From Micromonosporaceae bacterium (GTDB taxonomy: Bacteria > Actinomycetota > Actinomycetes > Mycobacteriales > Micromonosporaceae): DNA of 64,000 bases. The stretch is taken from assembly GCA_047459115.1 (NCBI GenBank), contig VSCG01000001.1, forward strand, positions 10,488 through 74,487. The letters are read 5' to 3'. The translations under genes and the position numbers were made by a program. Shown here in pieces: positions 35,276 through 50,227 of this stretch; the first letter of the stretch is position 1; each line of letters begins with the position of its first letter. The notes beneath the pieces were generated by a model. That model saw nothing but the letters and a program-made list of their open reading frames with translations. It was not told the origin of the DNA and did no database searches.

Positions 35276-36379
35276 GTGCGAGTCCTAGCCGCGATGTCCG
35301 GAGGGGTCGACTCGGCGGTCGCCGCCGCGCGGGCGGTCGACGCCGGGCACGACGTGACCGGGGTGCACCTCGCGCTCGCCCGCAACCCGCAGACCTACCG
35401 CTCGGGGGCCCGGGGCTGCTGCACGATCGAGGACGCCCGCGACGCCCGCCGGGCGGCCGACGTGATCGGGATCCCGTTCTACGTGTGGGATCTCGCCGAC
35501 GAGTTCCACCAGGACGTGGTGGACGACTTCGTGCGCGAGTACGCGGCCGGGCGTACCCCCAACCCGTGCCTGCGCTGCAACGAGAAGATCAAGTTTGCGG
35601 CGGTGCTGGACCGCGCGCTGGCCCTGGGCTTCGACGCGGTGGTCACCGGCCACCACGCCCGGCGCGGCCCGGACGGCCTGCTGCGCCGCTCGGTGGACCT
35701 CGCCAAGGACCAGTCGTACGTGCTCGCGGTGCTCACCCGCGAGCAGTTGGCGCATTCGATGTTCCCGCTCGGCGACTCGACGAAGGCCGAGGTCCGCGCG
35801 GAGGCGGCCCGGCGCGGGCTGGCCGTGGCCGACAAGCCCGACTCGCACGACATCTGCTTCATCGCCGACGGCGACACGCAGAAGTTCCTGCGTTCCCGGC
35901 TCGGCGAGACGCCCGGCGACATCGTCGACGCCGCCACCGGCGCGGTGCTCGGCCGCCACCGGGGCGCGCACGCGTACACCGTGGGTCAGCGCCGCGGGCT
36001 GGGTCTGCAGCGGCCGGCGCCGGACGGGCGGCCCCGCTACGTGCTGTCCATCACCCCGGTCACCAACACCGTGACCGTCGGCCCGGCCGAGGCCCTCGAC
36101 GTGTCCACTGTGTATGGCGAGCGTCCGGTATGGATGGACGAGCAGACCACCGTGGATTGTGACGTGCAGTTGCGCGCGCACGGCGAGACCGTGCCCGCGA
36201 CGGTGCGGCTGGACAACGGGGTGCTGCGCGCCGACCTGCACCGGCCCGCCCGCGGGGTCGCGCCGGGCCAGACGATCGTCGCCTACCGCCGTGAGCCGGG
36301 CGGCGACGTGGTGCTCGGCTCCGCGACGATCACGCGCACCGGATCGGCCGCCGGATCCCCGGTGCCGGTGGCCGGATGA
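35276..36379 (+). CDS. mnmA: tRNA 2-thiouridine(34) synthase
   Basis: [17 protein letters not shown]...[26 protein letters not shown]...[16 protein letters not shown]...KDQSYVL. Confidence 0.9.
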   Translation: MRVLAAMSGGVDSAVAAARAVDAGHDVTGVHLALARNPQTYRSGARGCCTIEDARDARRAADVIGIPFYVWDLADEFHQDVVDDFVREYAAGRTPNPCLRCNEKIKFAAVLDRALALGFDAVVTGHHARRGPDGLLRRSVDLAKDQSYVLAVLTREQLAHSMFPLGDSTKAEVRAEAARRGLAVADKPDSHDICFIADGDTQKFLRSRLGETPGDIVDAATGAVLGRHRGAHAYTVGQRRGLGLQRPAPDGRPRYVLSITPVTNTVTVGPAEALDVSTVYGERPVWMDEQTTVDCDVQLRAHGETVPATVRLDNGVLRADLHRPARGVAPGQTIVAYRREPGGDVVLGSATITRTGSAAGSPVPVAG

Positions 36380-37392
36380 GCGCACCGGGCTGGCCGTGGC
36401 CGGCGGGCGCCGCCACCGGGATCGGGTCGCTGCCCGGCACCGACGTCGTCGAGGCGGTCAAGACCGTGTTCGGCGAGCTGCCGGAGTTCCCGTACCTGCC
36501 TGAGCTGCCGGCGCGGGGCCCGGGGGCGGACGCGATCGGACGCACCGCCGCGCTGCTGGTGGACCTGCCCGTCGAGCTGTACGCGGCCCGCTGGCGCGTC
36601 GCCGGGCGGCCGGGCCGGGACCTGCGGCGCGCCCACGACCTGCGGGAGCGGGACCTCGACACGCTCACCGAGGAGGCGGCGGAGTTCGCCGGACCGGTCA
36701 AGGCCCAGGCGGTCGGGCCGTGGACGCTCGCCGCCGCGCTCGACCTGCCGTACGGCGGGCCCGTGCTGCGCGACCCCGGCGCGGTGCGGGACCTGGCCGC
36801 GTCGCTCGCCGAAGGGCTGCGCGCGCACGTGGCCGAACTGCGCGCCCGCCTGCCCCGGGCGAGCCCCGTGCTGCAGCTCGACGAGCCGTCGCTGCCCGCC
36901 GTGCTCGCCGGGCAGGTGCCGACCGAGAGCGGGTTCGGCACGCTGCCCGCGGTGGAGCCGGGCGTGGCCGTCGGCGCGCTCCGGTCCGTCGTGGCCGCCG
37001 TCGGCGTACCCGTCGTGGTGCACTGCTGCGCCGCCGGCGTACCGCTGCGGTCGCTGCGCGACACCGGCGCCGCCGCCGTCGCCGTCGACCTGGACCTCCT
37101 GGACGACTTCGACGCCCTCGGCGAGGTCTTGGACGACGGGCTCGGGCTGTTCGCCGGTGCCGTCTCCACGGCCCCCACGGCACCCCCCGCCTACCCTTCG
37201 TCGGCCGACATCGCGTCCCGGGTACGCCGGCTGTGGCGGGACCTGGGCCTGCCGCTCGACCGGATGCCCGCGCAGGTCGTGGTGACCTCCGCCTGCGGGC
37301 TGGCCGGAGCCACTGCCGGGCAGGCCCGCGCGGTGCAGGCCGCCTGCCGGGAGGCCGGACGGCGCCTGGCGGAGGAGCCGGAGGCCGGCTAG
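36376..37392 (+). CDS. Cobalamin-independent methionine synthase-like (UROD/MetE-like) family protein
   Basis: GIGSLPGTD...[15 protein letters not shown]...[14 protein letters not shown]. It sits where I recall Rv3015c-like genes next to ligA. The function is not established. Confidence 0.6.
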   Translation: MSAPGWPWPAGAATGIGSLPGTDVVEAVKTVFGELPEFPYLPELPARGPGADAIGRTAALLVDLPVELYAARWRVAGRPGRDLRRAHDLRERDLDTLTEEAAEFAGPVKAQAVGPWTLAAALDLPYGGPVLRDPGAVRDLAASLAEGLRAHVAELRARLPRASPVLQLDEPSLPAVLAGQVPTESGFGTLPAVEPGVAVGALRSVVAAVGVPVVVHCCAAGVPLRSLRDTGAAAVAVDLDLLDDFDALGEVLDDGLGLFAGAVSTAPTAPPAYPSSADIASRVRRLWRDLGLPLDRMPAQVVVTSACGLAGATAGQARAVQAACREAGRRLAEEPEAG

Positions 37393-37408
37393 GGTCCCGC
37401 CGCGACAC

Positions 37409-38611
37409 CTAGCCTCGCCGGGCGTCCTTGACGAACACGATCCCGTCGGTGCTGGTCACGTGGGCCGGGTCGAGCGGGGCGTAACCGTACCAGGGGGATA
37501 CCCGGGCAGCCGGTGTCACGTCGGCGAGGGCGGCGGCCAGCCGGCGGGGGTCGGCGAGGTGGCGCTCCCCCGGGAGCGCGTACAGCATCCCCTCGATGGT
37601 GTCCGGAGGCGGGGCGTCTACTCCGTGGTGAGGAATCGTGCCGAGGGCCGTGGCGAGGAAGGCGTACCCCTCGTCCAGGTGGGCGCCGACGATCGCACCG
37701 GCGCTCCACCACTCCACCGGCCCTTCCCGCATCTGCATCGTGCTCTGGGGCCGTTGCAGGTGCGCGTTGTGGGCGTAGACCAGCGTCGGGCCGCGCTCGG
37801 CGAGGGCGAGCAGGTTGGCCGCCATCATCGCGTCCCGCACCGCGCACAGCCGGGTCATGCGGCTCGGCGACGTGTCGGCCATCCAGAAGTGGTAGCGCAG
37901 CAGCCCGGTCGCGGTCCGCCCGTGCAGGCGCGCGCGGTGCCAGTCCTCCCGGGAGGACGCCGCGATCAGGTGGGGTGCCTGCGCGTCGAGCAGGGCCACC
38001 AGGTCGTCGGCGAGCAGCCGCAGCTGTGCGGCGTCGGGCGTGCGCCCCACGGACTGGGACGGGTCCATCATGGCGGCGGGGTTCGTCCACCGGTCGTCCG
38101 CGCCGAGCAGGCGGTCGAGCGTCTCCGCGGTGCAGGGGAGCAGGTCGGCGTCCACCCAGGCGGTGAGGTAGGTGTGCAGCGCGGTGAGGGCCTGCCGAGG
38201 GCTCGCGGCGCCGGTGATCTCCATCGGGCCGTCGAAACCGGCGAAGCGCAGCTGCTCGGACGCGGGCCGGCCCTCGTTGTACGCGCGCATCCAGCGCACC
38301 AGCTCGCGGTTGGCCGCGAAGGCGCCGAACCCGTGGCTGAAGCCGGCCTCCATGACCTCGTCGAGACTGCCCGTGCCCGTCGTGACGTAGTCGTCCACGA
38401 CCAGGCCCATCATGCAGTCGCTCTCGATCGCGATCGTCCGGTAGCCCGCCAGCTCGACGAGTTGCCGGAAGAGATCGTTTCGCAGGTCGAGCAGGACCTC
38501 CTCGCCGTGGGTGGGCTCGCCCAGGGCGAGCAGCCGCGGCCGGGCCGCAAGCAACCCCATGACGGCGGCGGCGTCAACAGCATGCGTGGTGTCGGTGATG
38601 CCAACAGTCAT
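37409..38611 (-). CDS. Erythromycin esterase family protein
   Basis: LLALGEPTHGEEVLLDLRNDLFRQLVE..GYRTIAIESDC...FGAFAANRELVRWMRAYN...LVYAHNAHL. The start is chosen at ATG 38611. Confidence 0.8.
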   Translation of the reverse strand: MTVGITDTTHAVDAAAVMGLLAARPRLLALGEPTHGEEVLLDLRNDLFRQLVELAGYRTIAIESDCMMGLVVDDYVTTGTGSLDEVMEAGFSHGFGAFAANRELVRWMRAYNEGRPASEQLRFAGFDGPMEITGAASPRQALTALHTYLTAWVDADLLPCTAETLDRLLGADDRWTNPAAMMDPSQSVGRTPDAAQLRLLADDLVALLDAQAPHLIAASSREDWHRARLHGRTATGLLRYHFWMADTSPSRMTRLCAVRDAMMAANLLALAERGPTLVYAHNAHLQRPQSTMQMREGPVEWWSAGAIVGAHLDEGYAFLATALGTIPHHGVDAPPPDTIEGMLYALPGERHLADPRRLAAALADVTPAARVSPWYGYAPLDPAHVTSTDGIVFVKDARRG

Positions 38612-38670
38612 ACCTGTAACGGTATCGTTGAATCCACGGTTGAAACTTTTCCGCCAACTCAAGCAGAGCA

Positions 38671-39468
38671 ATGGGGCGAAACCTTAAAGACGGAGGACGG
38701 CTCAGGCCGGTGGATCTGGCGCGTGGGCACGGTCTGTCGACACAGGCGGTCCGCAACTACGAGGCGGCGGGGATCCTCCCGGGCGCCGAGCGCACTTTGC
38801 ACGGGTACCGCACGTACACGGCGCTGCACGCGCAGGCGCTGCGCGCGTTCCTCTCCCTGGTGCCTGGATACGGCCACCAGACGGCCGCGTCGATCATGCA
38901 GGCGGTCAACCGGGACGCGACCGAGGAAGCGCTCCGCCTCATCGACTCCAGCCACGCCCAGCTGCTCGACGACCGCCGCACCCTCGAGTCGGTCGAAGCC
39001 GCGCTTCGCGACCTCGAGCCGGTGCCGCAGGAACGCGGCGAGATGTTCGTCGGTCCCCTGGCGAGAAGGCTCGGCATCCGACCGGCCACCCTGCGCAAAT
39101 GGGAACGCGCCGGCCTGGTCCAGCCACGCCGCGACCCGCGGACGGGCTACCGGGTCTACGGCGCGGCCGACGTGCGCGACGCCCGGCTGGTGCACCAGCT
39201 CAGACGGGGCGGCTACCTGCTGGAGCAGATCGCCCCGGTCATCGCCCAGGTGCGCTGTGCCGGAGGCGTCGCGCCGCTCGAGTCGATGCTGCGCGACTGG
39301 CGCGCCCGCCTCTCAGCCAGGAGCCGCGCCATGCTCGCCGGCGCTGCGGCGCTCGACGCCTACCTCACCTGCCGGGACAGGCTCAGGCACGACACGACCG
39401 TTGGGCACGACCAGGGCCCGGCCCCGATATCCCCGAACCGCTGCCCCGCTACCGCCCCGCCCCGATAA
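38671..39468 (+). CDS. MerR family regulator with two tandem MerR-type HTH domains
   Basis: First HTH: VDLARGHGLSTQAVRNYEAAGILPGAERTLHGYRTY. Second HTH: LARRLGIRPATLRKWERAGLVQPRRDPRTGYRVY. It is divergent from the esterase gene across a 59-bp gap. Confidence 0.8.
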   Translation: MGRNLKDGGRLRPVDLARGHGLSTQAVRNYEAAGILPGAERTLHGYRTYTALHAQALRAFLSLVPGYGHQTAASIMQAVNRDATEEALRLIDSSHAQLLDDRRTLESVEAALRDLEPVPQERGEMFVGPLARRLGIRPATLRKWERAGLVQPRRDPRTGYRVYGAADVRDARLVHQLRRGGYLLEQIAPVIAQVRCAGGVAPLESMLRDWRARLSARSRAMLAGAAALDAYLTCRDRLRHDTTVGHDQGPAPISPNRCPATAPPR

Positions 39469-39507
39469 TCGAAGGAGGGGCGCGACCGCCGCCGCGACGG
39501 CACACGG

Positions 39508-42920
<3,413 letters not shown>

Positions 42921-42986
42921 AAGCGCGGCGTACAGGAAAAGACACGTAGAATCCGGGCGTCGTCGCGGAGGCAGGGAGGTGTCGGG

Positions 42987-45080
42987 ATGGAGCCCACAAC
43001 CCTGCGCAACGCCGCCCCGTCCAAACGACGGGGCGCCTTTGTCGGCTACTTCGCCGCGGTCGTCGCGCTCGGGGCGCTCGTGGCCGCCGGGTCGATGTCG
43101 GACCTGCCCGCCGAGGTCCGCGCCGCGCCGCCCGCGTTCTGGCTGATGGCCGCCCTGGCGGTGCTGTCGGACGCCCGCCCGTTCAGCGCCCCCGGCCGCC
43201 GCGACGCCGCGGTCGTCTACCCGTCGGTCTGCTTCACCTTCGCCATCCTGCTCACCTGGGGCCCGGGTCCGGCGATCCTCGTGCAGACCGCCGCCGTCCT
43301 GGTCGTGGCGCTGCGTCAACGGCACGCGCCGTGGCGGGCCGCGTTCAACGCCGGCCAGTACGCGCTGTCGTTCGCCGCGGCGGCCGCCGTACTCGACCTC
43401 GCCGCGCCGGACCCGCTCGGTGCCGCCACCGGGGCACCCGCCTGGCGCGGGCTCGCGGTGGTCCTGGCCGCGGCCGCGGCCTGGTTCCTCGTCAACGACC
43501 TGCTGGTGACCGTGGCGATCGCCCTGCGGTTCGGGGTGCCCTGGTGGCGGGTGGCCACCGGCACGCTCGGTCCGGAGGCGCTGTCGACCGGGGCGCTGCT
43601 GCTGCTCGGGCCCGTGCTCGCGGTGGCCGCGCAGGCCAGCGCCGCGCTCATCCCGCTCATCTGGCTGCCGCTGTACGCCGTCGAGCGCATGGCGCGGCTG
43701 TCCCACGAGCAGGCGCGGGCGGCGTTGCTGGACCCGCTGACCGGCCTGGCCAACCGGGAGGCGCTGCTGACGGAGGTGTCCGCGCAGATCGCGGCACACG
43801 CCGAACGGGCCGCCCAGGACGGCACGGTCGGCCGCCTCGCCCTGCTGCTGCTGGACCTGGACCGGTTCAAGCACGTCAACGAGGCGCTCGGGCACGGCGT
43901 GGGCGACGAGTTGCTGGTGGCGGTGGCCGAGCGGTTGCAGGGCGTGGTGCCGCGCGGCGGCCTGGTCGCCCGGCTCGGCGGCGACGAGTTCGCCATCCTG
44001 GCACCGACGGTCACCGGTCCGGGTGAGGCGCGGGCGGTGGCGGGACGCATCGAGGAGGCGCTTGCCGAGCCGGTGCTGCTCGACGGGCTGCCGGTCGACG
44101 TCAGCGGGTCGGTCGGCGTGGCGATCTACCCCGACCACGGCGGGGACTTCGCCGCGCTGATGCGCCACGCGGACGTGGCGATGTACGACGCGAAGCACCG
44201 CGGCGACACGGTGGCCGTGTACCTGCCCGAGTCCGACCACAACTCCCCGGAGCGGCTCGGTCTGCTCGCCGACCTGCGCCGGGCGTTGGAGACGCCGGGG
44301 TGCGAGGAGATCGCCCTGTACTACCAGCCGCAGATCGCGCTGCGCGCCGGTGAGGTGGTCGGCGTCGAGGCGCTGCTGCGCTGGCGCCACCCGGTGCGCG
44401 GGATGGTCAACCCGGAGGAGCTGATCCGGGTCGCGGAGCACACCGCCGTGATGCGGCTGCTGACCCGCCGGGTAATCGACGACGTGGTGGCGCAGGTGGC
44501 CAAGTGGACCGCGGACGGGCTGTGGCTGCGCGCCTCGCTCAACGTCAGCGTGCGGGACCTGCACACCAACGAGATCGTCTCGCATCTGGCGGCGCGGCTG
44601 TCGGAGTACGGCGTGTCCGCGAGCCGGCTGCAGCTCGAGATCACCGAGGGCGCGCTGATGGTGGATCCGCGGCGGGTGCTCGCCACGATCACCCAGATCG
44701 CGGCGCTCGGCGTCGCCATCTCGCTGGACGACTTCGGCACCGGGTACTCGTCCCTGCAGCACCTGCGCCGGCTGCCGTTGACCGAGGTCAAGGTGGACCG
44801 GTCGTTCGTGCTGGGCATGACCGCGGACGGCTACGACGCCGCGATCGTCCGCTCCACCATCGAGCTGGCCCGTTCGCTCGGGCTGCGGATCGTCGCCGAG
44901 GGCGTCGAGGACGAGCAGACCTGGCGGCTGCTGGTGGAGTCGGGCTGCTGCGTCGGGCAGGGGTGGTTCTTCGCGCGACCGATGCCCGGCGACGAGCTGC
45001 CCGCCTGGCTCGCCCGCTACCGCGCCCCGGTGCTGCGCCGCTCGTCTTACCCGGACCGCGCCGCGCCGGCCGCCGAGTAG
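42987..45080 (+). CDS. Membrane-bound GGDEF-EAL protein (c-di-GMP cyclase/phosphodiesterase)
   Basis: An N-terminal ~250 aa polytopic region, then [12 protein letters not shown]...[10 protein letters not shown] (GGDEF), then YYQPQI...VGVEALLRW...EITEGALM...DDFGTGYSSL (EAL). Confidence 0.85.
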   Translation: MEPTTLRNAAPSKRRGAFVGYFAAVVALGALVAAGSMSDLPAEVRAAPPAFWLMAALAVLSDARPFSAPGRRDAAVVYPSVCFTFAILLTWGPGPAILVQTAAVLVVALRQRHAPWRAAFNAGQYALSFAAAAAVLDLAAPDPLGAATGAPAWRGLAVVLAAAAAWFLVNDLLVTVAIALRFGVPWWRVATGTLGPEALSTGALLLLGPVLAVAAQASAALIPLIWLPLYAVERMARLSHEQARAALLDPLTGLANREALLTEVSAQIAAHAERAAQDGTVGRLALLLLDLDRFKHVNEALGHGVGDELLVAVAERLQGVVPRGGLVARLGGDEFAILAPTVTGPGEARAVAGRIEEALAEPVLLDGLPVDVSGSVGVAIYPDHGGDFAALMRHADVAMYDAKHRGDTVAVYLPESDHNSPERLGLLADLRRALETPGCEEIALYYQPQIALRAGEVVGVEALLRWRHPVRGMVNPEELIRVAEHTAVMRLLTRRVIDDVVAQVAKWTADGLWLRASLNVSVRDLHTNEIVSHLAARLSEYGVSASRLQLEITEGALMVDPRRVLATITQIAALGVAISLDDFGTGYSSLQHLRRLPLTEVKVDRSFVLGMTADGYDAAIVRSTIELARSLGLRIVAEGVEDEQTWRLLVESGCCVGQGWFFARPMPGDELPAWLARYRAPVLRRSSYPDRAAPAAE

Positions 45081-45279
45081 ACGGCGAACCGCGATCCGGG
45101 TCGGCGGGGCGGGCGGACGGCGGCGCACATAGAATCGCGCGGGTCGGGAATCGGACGGGTCGGGCCCGGTCCGGCCGGACCGGCCGACCAGACCGACGAC
45201 ACCGACGACGGACGACACCGACACCGATGCTGACGACGACATCGACGATCGGACCGGACGACCCCGAGGGGAGCAGCCC

Positions 45280-45579
45280 ATGGCCGCCATCTCCCGCGAG
45301 GAGGTCGCGCATCTGGCGCGCCTCGCGCGGCTCGCCGTCACCGAGGAGGAGTTGGACGCCTTCGCCGGCCAACTGGACGTGATCCTCCAGTCGGTCGCCC
45401 GGGTGGGCGAGGTGGCCGCCGCGGACGTCCCGCCGACCTCGCACGCCGTCCCGTTGACCAACGTGCTGCGCGACGACGTGCCGGCCCCCTGCCTGTCCCA
45501 GGACGAGGCCCTGTCCGGCGCCCCCGACCGCGAAGCCGGGCGGTTCCGCGTACCCCGGATCCTCGAGGCGGAGGAGTGA
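45280..45579 (+). CDS. gatC: Asp/Glu-tRNA amidotransferase subunit C
   Basis: [37 protein letters not shown]... Confidence 0.9.
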   Translation: MAAISREEVAHLARLARLAVTEEELDAFAGQLDVILQSVARVGEVAAADVPPTSHAVPLTNVLRDDVPAPCLSQDEALSGAPDREAGRFRVPRILEAEE

Positions 45580-47069
45580 CTGCCATGGGCACGACAGGCG
45601 ACCTGACCAGGAAGACCGCGGCGGAGCTGGGCCGGCTCGTCGCCGACGGGGAGGTCTCGGCCGAGGAGGTGACCCGGGCGCACCTGGACCGGATCGCCGC
45701 CGTCGAGCCGAAGGTGCACGCGTTCCTGCACGTGGACGCCGACGGCGCGCTGGCCGCGGCGCGCGAGGTGGACGCCCGCCGGGCACGCGGCGAGGCGCTG
45801 GGGCCCCTCGCGGGCGTGCCGGTAGCGGTCAAGGACGTCTTCACCGCCCGGGGCATGCCGACCACCGCCGGGTCGAAGATCCTCGAAGGCTGGGTGCCGC
45901 CGTACGACGCGACGATCGTGCGGCGGCTCCAGGAGCACGGCCTCGTTTTGCTCGGCAAGACCAACATGGACGAGTTCGCGATGGGCTCGTCCACGGAGTA
46001 CTCGGCGTACGGGCCGACGTTCAACCCGTGGGACCTGACGCGGGCCCCGGGCGGCTCGGGCGGCGGCTCGGCCGCGTCGCTGGCCGCCTACGAGGTGCCG
46101 CTGGCCATCGGCACCGACACCGGCGGCTCGATCCGCCAGCCCGGCGCGGTCACCGGCACGGTCGGTGCCAAGCCGACCTACGGCGGCACGTCCCGGTACG
46201 GCGTCGTCGCGTTCTCATCCTCATTGGACACCCCTGGCCCGTGCGCCCGTACCGTCGAAGACACGGCCCTGCTGCACACGGTCATCGGCGGGCACGACCC
46301 CCGCGACTCGACGTCGATCCCGGCGCCCGTACCCCCGGTCGTCGAGGCGGCCCGGCAGGGCGCGCAGGGCGACCTCGCGGGCGTGCGGCTCGGCCTGGTG
46401 CGGGAGTTCGACGGCGAGGGCGCCGAGCCGGGCGTGGTCGCGGCGTTCCGCGACGCGGTCGACGCGCTGGCCAAGCTCGGCGCGGAGGTGGTCGAGGTCT
46501 CCTGCCCGCACTTCACGTACGCGCTGCCGGCCTACTACCTCATCGCGCCGAGCGAGTGCTCCTCCAACCTGGCCCGCTTCGACGGCGTCCGCTACGGGCT
46601 GCGGGCCGGCGACGACGGCACCAGGTCGCTGGAGGAGGTCATGTCACTGACCCGCCAGGCCGGCTTCGGGCCCGAGGTCAAGCGGCGGATCATGATCGGC
46701 ACGTACGCGCTCTCGGCCGGGTACTACGACGCCTACTACGGGCAGGCGCAGAAGGTGCGCACGTTGATCGCCCGCGACTTCGCCGCCGCGTTCGAGTCCG
46801 CCGACGTGCTGATCAGCCCCACGACCCCGTTCGTGGCGTTCCAGATCGGCTCGCGCACCGCCGACCCGTACCAGATGTACCTCGCCGACCTCTACACCGT
46901 GCCGGCCAACATGTACGGCGGTCCGGCGATCTCGGTGCCCTGCGGGCTGTCCGAAGGGCTGCCGGTCGGCCTGCAGGTGATGGCGCCGACGATGGCCGAC
47001 GACCGGATGTACCGGGTGGCGGCCGCGCTGGAGTCGGCCGTGGGCAGGCTCACCCCGCCGGCCCTGTGA
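45576..47069 (+). CDS. gatA: Asp/Glu-tRNA amidotransferase subunit A
   Basis: [10 protein letters not shown]...TTAGSKIL...[15 protein letters not shown]...[10 protein letters not shown] (amidase signature). Confidence 0.95.
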   Translation: MTAMGTTGDLTRKTAAELGRLVADGEVSAEEVTRAHLDRIAAVEPKVHAFLHVDADGALAAAREVDARRARGEALGPLAGVPVAVKDVFTARGMPTTAGSKILEGWVPPYDATIVRRLQEHGLVLLGKTNMDEFAMGSSTEYSAYGPTFNPWDLTRAPGGSGGGSAASLAAYEVPLAIGTDTGGSIRQPGAVTGTVGAKPTYGGTSRYGVVAFSSSLDTPGPCARTVEDTALLHTVIGGHDPRDSTSIPAPVPPVVEAARQGAQGDLAGVRLGLVREFDGEGAEPGVVAAFRDAVDALAKLGAEVVEVSCPHFTYALPAYYLIAPSECSSNLARFDGVRYGLRAGDDGTRSLEEVMSLTRQAGFGPEVKRRIMIGTYALSAGYYDAYYGQAQKVRTLIARDFAAAFESADVLISPTTPFVAFQIGSRTADPYQMYLADLYTVPANMYGGPAISVPCGLSEGLPVGLQVMAPTMADDRMYRVAAALESAVGRLTPPAL

Positions 47070-47113
47070 CCGCCGCCCACGCCCGGCCGGACGGGGCGAC
47101 TAGGCTTGCCCGG

Positions 47114-48616
47114 GTGAGCACCGTCCTGTCCAGCATCGAAGACGTGCTGACCCGCTACGAGCCGGTCATCGGCATGGAGGTCCACATCGAGCTCGGCACG
47201 GCCACGAAGATGTTCTGCGGGTGCCCGACCCGCTTCGGGGCCGAGCCGAACACCCAGGTGTGCCCGGTCTGCCTCGGCCTGCCCGGCAGCCTGCCGGTGG
47301 CCAACCGCGCCGCCGTCGAGGCGACCATCCGCATCGGCCTGGCCCTGAACTGCACCATCGCGACCTGGAGCCGGTTCGCGCGCAAGAACTACTTCTACCC
47401 GGACATGCCGAAGAACTTCCAGACCAGCCAGTACGACGAGCCGCTGTGCACGGACGGCTGGCTGGACGTGGAGGTGCCGGGCCCGGACGGGCCGCAGACC
47501 GTGCGGGTGGGCATCGAGCGGGTCCACCTCGAGGAGGACACCGGCAAGACGATGCACATCGGCGGGGCGACCGGGCGGATCCAGGGCGCGACGGAGTCGC
47601 TGGTGGACTACAACCGGGCCGGTATCCCGCTGGTGGAGATCGTCACCAAGCCGGTGGTGGGCGCCGGCGAGCTGGCCCCCGCGGTCGCCCGGGCGTACGT
47701 GACCGAGCTGCGCGACGTGATCCGCTCCCTCGGCGTCTCCGACGTACGGATGGAGGAGGGCTCGCTGCGCTGTGACGTGAACGTGTCCCTCAACCGGCCG
47801 GGGGAGCCGTGGGGCACCCGTACCGAGACGAAGAACGTCAACTCGCTGCGCAGCGTCGAGCGTGCCACGCGGGCCGAGATGCTGCGCCAGGCGGCGGTGC
47901 TCGACGCCGGCGGCGTCGTGGTCCAGGAGACCCGCCACTTCCACGAGGACACCGGCGAGACCACCTCGGGGCGCACCAAGGAGACCGCCACCGACTACCG
48001 GTACTTTCCGGAGCCCGACCTGGTGCCGCTCGCGCCGGACCCGGCCTGGGTGGCCGAGCTGAAGGCCGCGCTGCCCGAACTGCCCCGGGTGCGCCGCAAC
48101 CGCCTGCGCGACGAGTGGGGGCTGACCGACCTGGACATGCAGGCGATTGTCAACGCCGGGGCGCTCGAGCTGATCGAGCAGACCGTCGCCGCCGGCGCCA
48201 CCCCGGAGGCCGCGCGCAAGTGGTGGCTCGGCGAGCTGGCCCGGCGCGCCAACGAGGCCGGGGTCGAGCTGCCCGCGGTCGGCGCCACTCCGCAGCAGGT
48301 CGCGGCGTTGCAGCGGCTGGTCGACGCGGGCACGCTGACCGACAAGCTGGCCCGTACCGTGCTCGACGGGGTGCTCGCCGGCGAGGGCGATCCGGAGGCG
48401 GTGGTGGCCAAGCGGGGCCTCGCGGTCGTCTCCGACCCGGGGGCGCTGTCGGCCGCGGTGGACGAGGCGATCGCCGCGAACCCCGACGCGGCCGAGAAGG
48501 TGCGCGGCGGCAAGGTCGCGGCCGTCGGTGTGCTCGTCGGCGCGGTGATGAAGGCCACCCGTGGCCAGGCGGACGCCAAGGCGGTGCGCGAACTCCTGCT
48601 GGAGCGGCTCAGCTAG
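47114..48616 (+). CDS. gatB: Asp/Glu-tRNA amidotransferase subunit B
   Basis: [24 protein letters not shown]...[12 protein letters not shown]...[17 protein letters not shown]...C-terminal YqeY-like tail. GTG 47114 lies within a longer track ORF. Confidence 0.95.
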   Translation: MSTVLSSIEDVLTRYEPVIGMEVHIELGTATKMFCGCPTRFGAEPNTQVCPVCLGLPGSLPVANRAAVEATIRIGLALNCTIATWSRFARKNYFYPDMPKNFQTSQYDEPLCTDGWLDVEVPGPDGPQTVRVGIERVHLEEDTGKTMHIGGATGRIQGATESLVDYNRAGIPLVEIVTKPVVGAGELAPAVARAYVTELRDVIRSLGVSDVRMEEGSLRCDVNVSLNRPGEPWGTRTETKNVNSLRSVERATRAEMLRQAAVLDAGGVVVQETRHFHEDTGETTSGRTKETATDYRYFPEPDLVPLAPDPAWVAELKAALPELPRVRRNRLRDEWGLTDLDMQAIVNAGALELIEQTVAAGATPEAARKWWLGELARRANEAGVELPAVGATPQQVAALQRLVDAGTLTDKLARTVLDGVLAGEGDPEAVVAKRGLAVVSDPGALSAAVDEAIAANPDAAEKVRGGKVAAVGVLVGAVMKATRGQADAKAVRELLLERLS

Positions 48617-50198
48617 GGCTGGGCGTAGGGGTCCCGGCCGGCACCGGGGGGCCAGTCGGCGCCGGCTCCGGCGGGCCGTCGATGACGTGCCGCTCCAGCG
48701 TCACCGTGGCCAGGCCCGTGCCGCCGACCCGGATGTCGTCGTACGCCTGCAGCGTCCTGTTCTCGTTGAAGTAGAGCACCGACAGCGCCAGCGGCGTCGG
48801 CTCCTCGTGCTCCAGCCCGCGCAACCCCGCGCCGCCGGTGGAGCCCTGCACCATCAGCAGCGTCGGCGGCCCGCCGTCGCGGGTGAGCGTGCGCACGTCC
48901 CTCCCGTGGGTGTGCCCGGCCAGCACCACCGGCACCTCCCCGACCAGCCCGCCGGCCGAGGTCGGATCGTGCACCAGCGCCACGTCCACCTGCTGCCCCG
49001 AGCGCCGGATCGTCTCGGCCAGGCGGCCGCCGGTCTCCAGCACCCGCTCCATGGTCTTCTGCGACTCGGCCGGAGTGGCGGGCGCGGTCTCCTTGTCCGG
49101 CGTGAACCGGGGGTCGGATATGCCGGCGAAGGTCAGGCCGCCCGCGCTGCGGACGTCGTCGTCCAGGACGATCGCGTTGGGTTGCTGGGCCACCGCCGCG
49201 GAGACGATGGCCGAGTCGTGGTTGCCGCGGATGTAGACGTACGGCACGTCGAGCGCGGCGATCGACGAGACGTACCGGGACGCCTCCTGCTGCGTGCCCC
49301 AGTCGGTGATGTCCCCGGTGTCCACCACCACGTCGATGTCGAACTGATCCACCACTGAATCGATGATCGACCAGGCGGACGGGTTGAGGTGCAGGTCGGA
49401 GACGTGCAGCACCCGGGTGGTGGACGGGTCCGGCTCGAAGACCGGCAGGGTCGACACGGTGGTGTACAGCCTGCTCACGTTGCGCACCAGGCGTTGCAGT
49501 TGGGCCCGGTACTCGTCGTACCGGTCGGCGATCCGCTGCGCCTCGCCGACCACGGCCGGGGCGTTGACCAGCAGGCCCTCGTACCGGGGTTCCTGGATGG
49601 CCGTGGGGCGAAAGGTGGCCACCGCGACGCCGAGGCTGGCCGCGGTGATGCCGAGCGCCACCGCGCCGGTGATCGCGACGCGGCGCAGGTTGCGGAACAC
49701 CAGGGTGGCCAGCGCCATCGCGCCGAGCAGCGTGGCGGCCAGGGTGCGCAGCGCCAGCCGGGTCAGGCCGGTCTCCACGTCCTCGACCGCGGTGTCGCTG
49801 GCCCGCACGATCCCCTCGGGGTCGGCCACCAGCGCCTGGGTGCGGCCCTGGTCCAGGTTGCCGAGCCGCAGCGACACGTGCGCCGGCCCGTCGTGGCTGT
49901 CGAGGGCGAGCGAGCCCAGCGGCGGGATCTGCACGTCCGCGCCGCCGGCGAGCGACGGGGTGATCTGCAGCTCCGCACTGAACGGCCCGACGTCGCTGGC
50001 GGTGCGGGCGCCGATGAGCACGCCCAGGATGATCCCCACGACGGCGACCGTGGTGATCGACAGGACAGCCGTGGCCCGGCGCATCACGGGGCCGGGCGAG
50101 CGCAGCCGGTCGACCAGGCCGCGCAGCCGACCGACGGCCGCCCGCAGTGTCACCGCCGTCACCAGCTCGCGCAGCCACTGCCACATGGTCCTCATCAT
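48609..50198 (-). CDS. Membrane-anchored metallophosphoesterase
   Basis: [10 protein letters not shown]...[11 protein letters not shown]...YIRGNHDS...AGHTHG. Several N-terminal TM helices. The 3' end overlaps the gatB stop by 8 nt (convergent). Confidence 0.8.
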   Translation of the reverse strand: MMRTMWQWLRELVTAVTLRAAVGRLRGLVDRLRSPGPVMRRATAVLSITTVAVVGIILGVLIGARTASDVGPFSAELQITPSLAGGADVQIPPLGSLALDSHDGPAHVSLRLGNLDQGRTQALVADPEGIVRASDTAVEDVETGLTRLALRTLAATLLGAMALATLVFRNLRRVAITGAVALGITAASLGVAVATFRPTAIQEPRYEGLLVNAPAVVGEAQRIADRYDEYRAQLQRLVRNVSRLYTTVSTLPVFEPDPSTTRVLHVSDLHLNPSAWSIIDSVVDQFDIDVVVDTGDITDWGTQQEASRYVSSIAALDVPYVYIRGNHDSAIVSAAVAQQPNAIVLDDDVRSAGGLTFAGISDPRFTPDKETAPATPAESQKTMERVLETGGRLAETIRRSGQQVDVALVHDPTSAGGLVGEVPVVLAGHTHGRDVRTLTRDGGPPTLLMVQGSTGGAGLRGLEHEEPTPLALSVLYFNENRTLQAYDDIRVGGTGLATVTLERHVIDGPPEPAPTGPPVPAGTPTPSPS

Positions 50199-50227
50199 GA
50201 CGCGCCGCGGGGACGATCGGCGAACGA

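Noticed and set aside
38612-38670. Search for a MerR-type palindromic operator in the esterase/MerR divergent region
   Set aside because: I found only a GTTGAA direct repeat and a weak AACG....CGTT symmetry. There is no convincing dyad, so no site is reported.
45185-45265. GAC/CGA-rich, almost T-free tract upstream of gatC that looked like a repeat array
   Set aside because: It has no constant period, no spacer structure and no inverted repeats. It is best described as low-complexity intergenic sequence and was not called.
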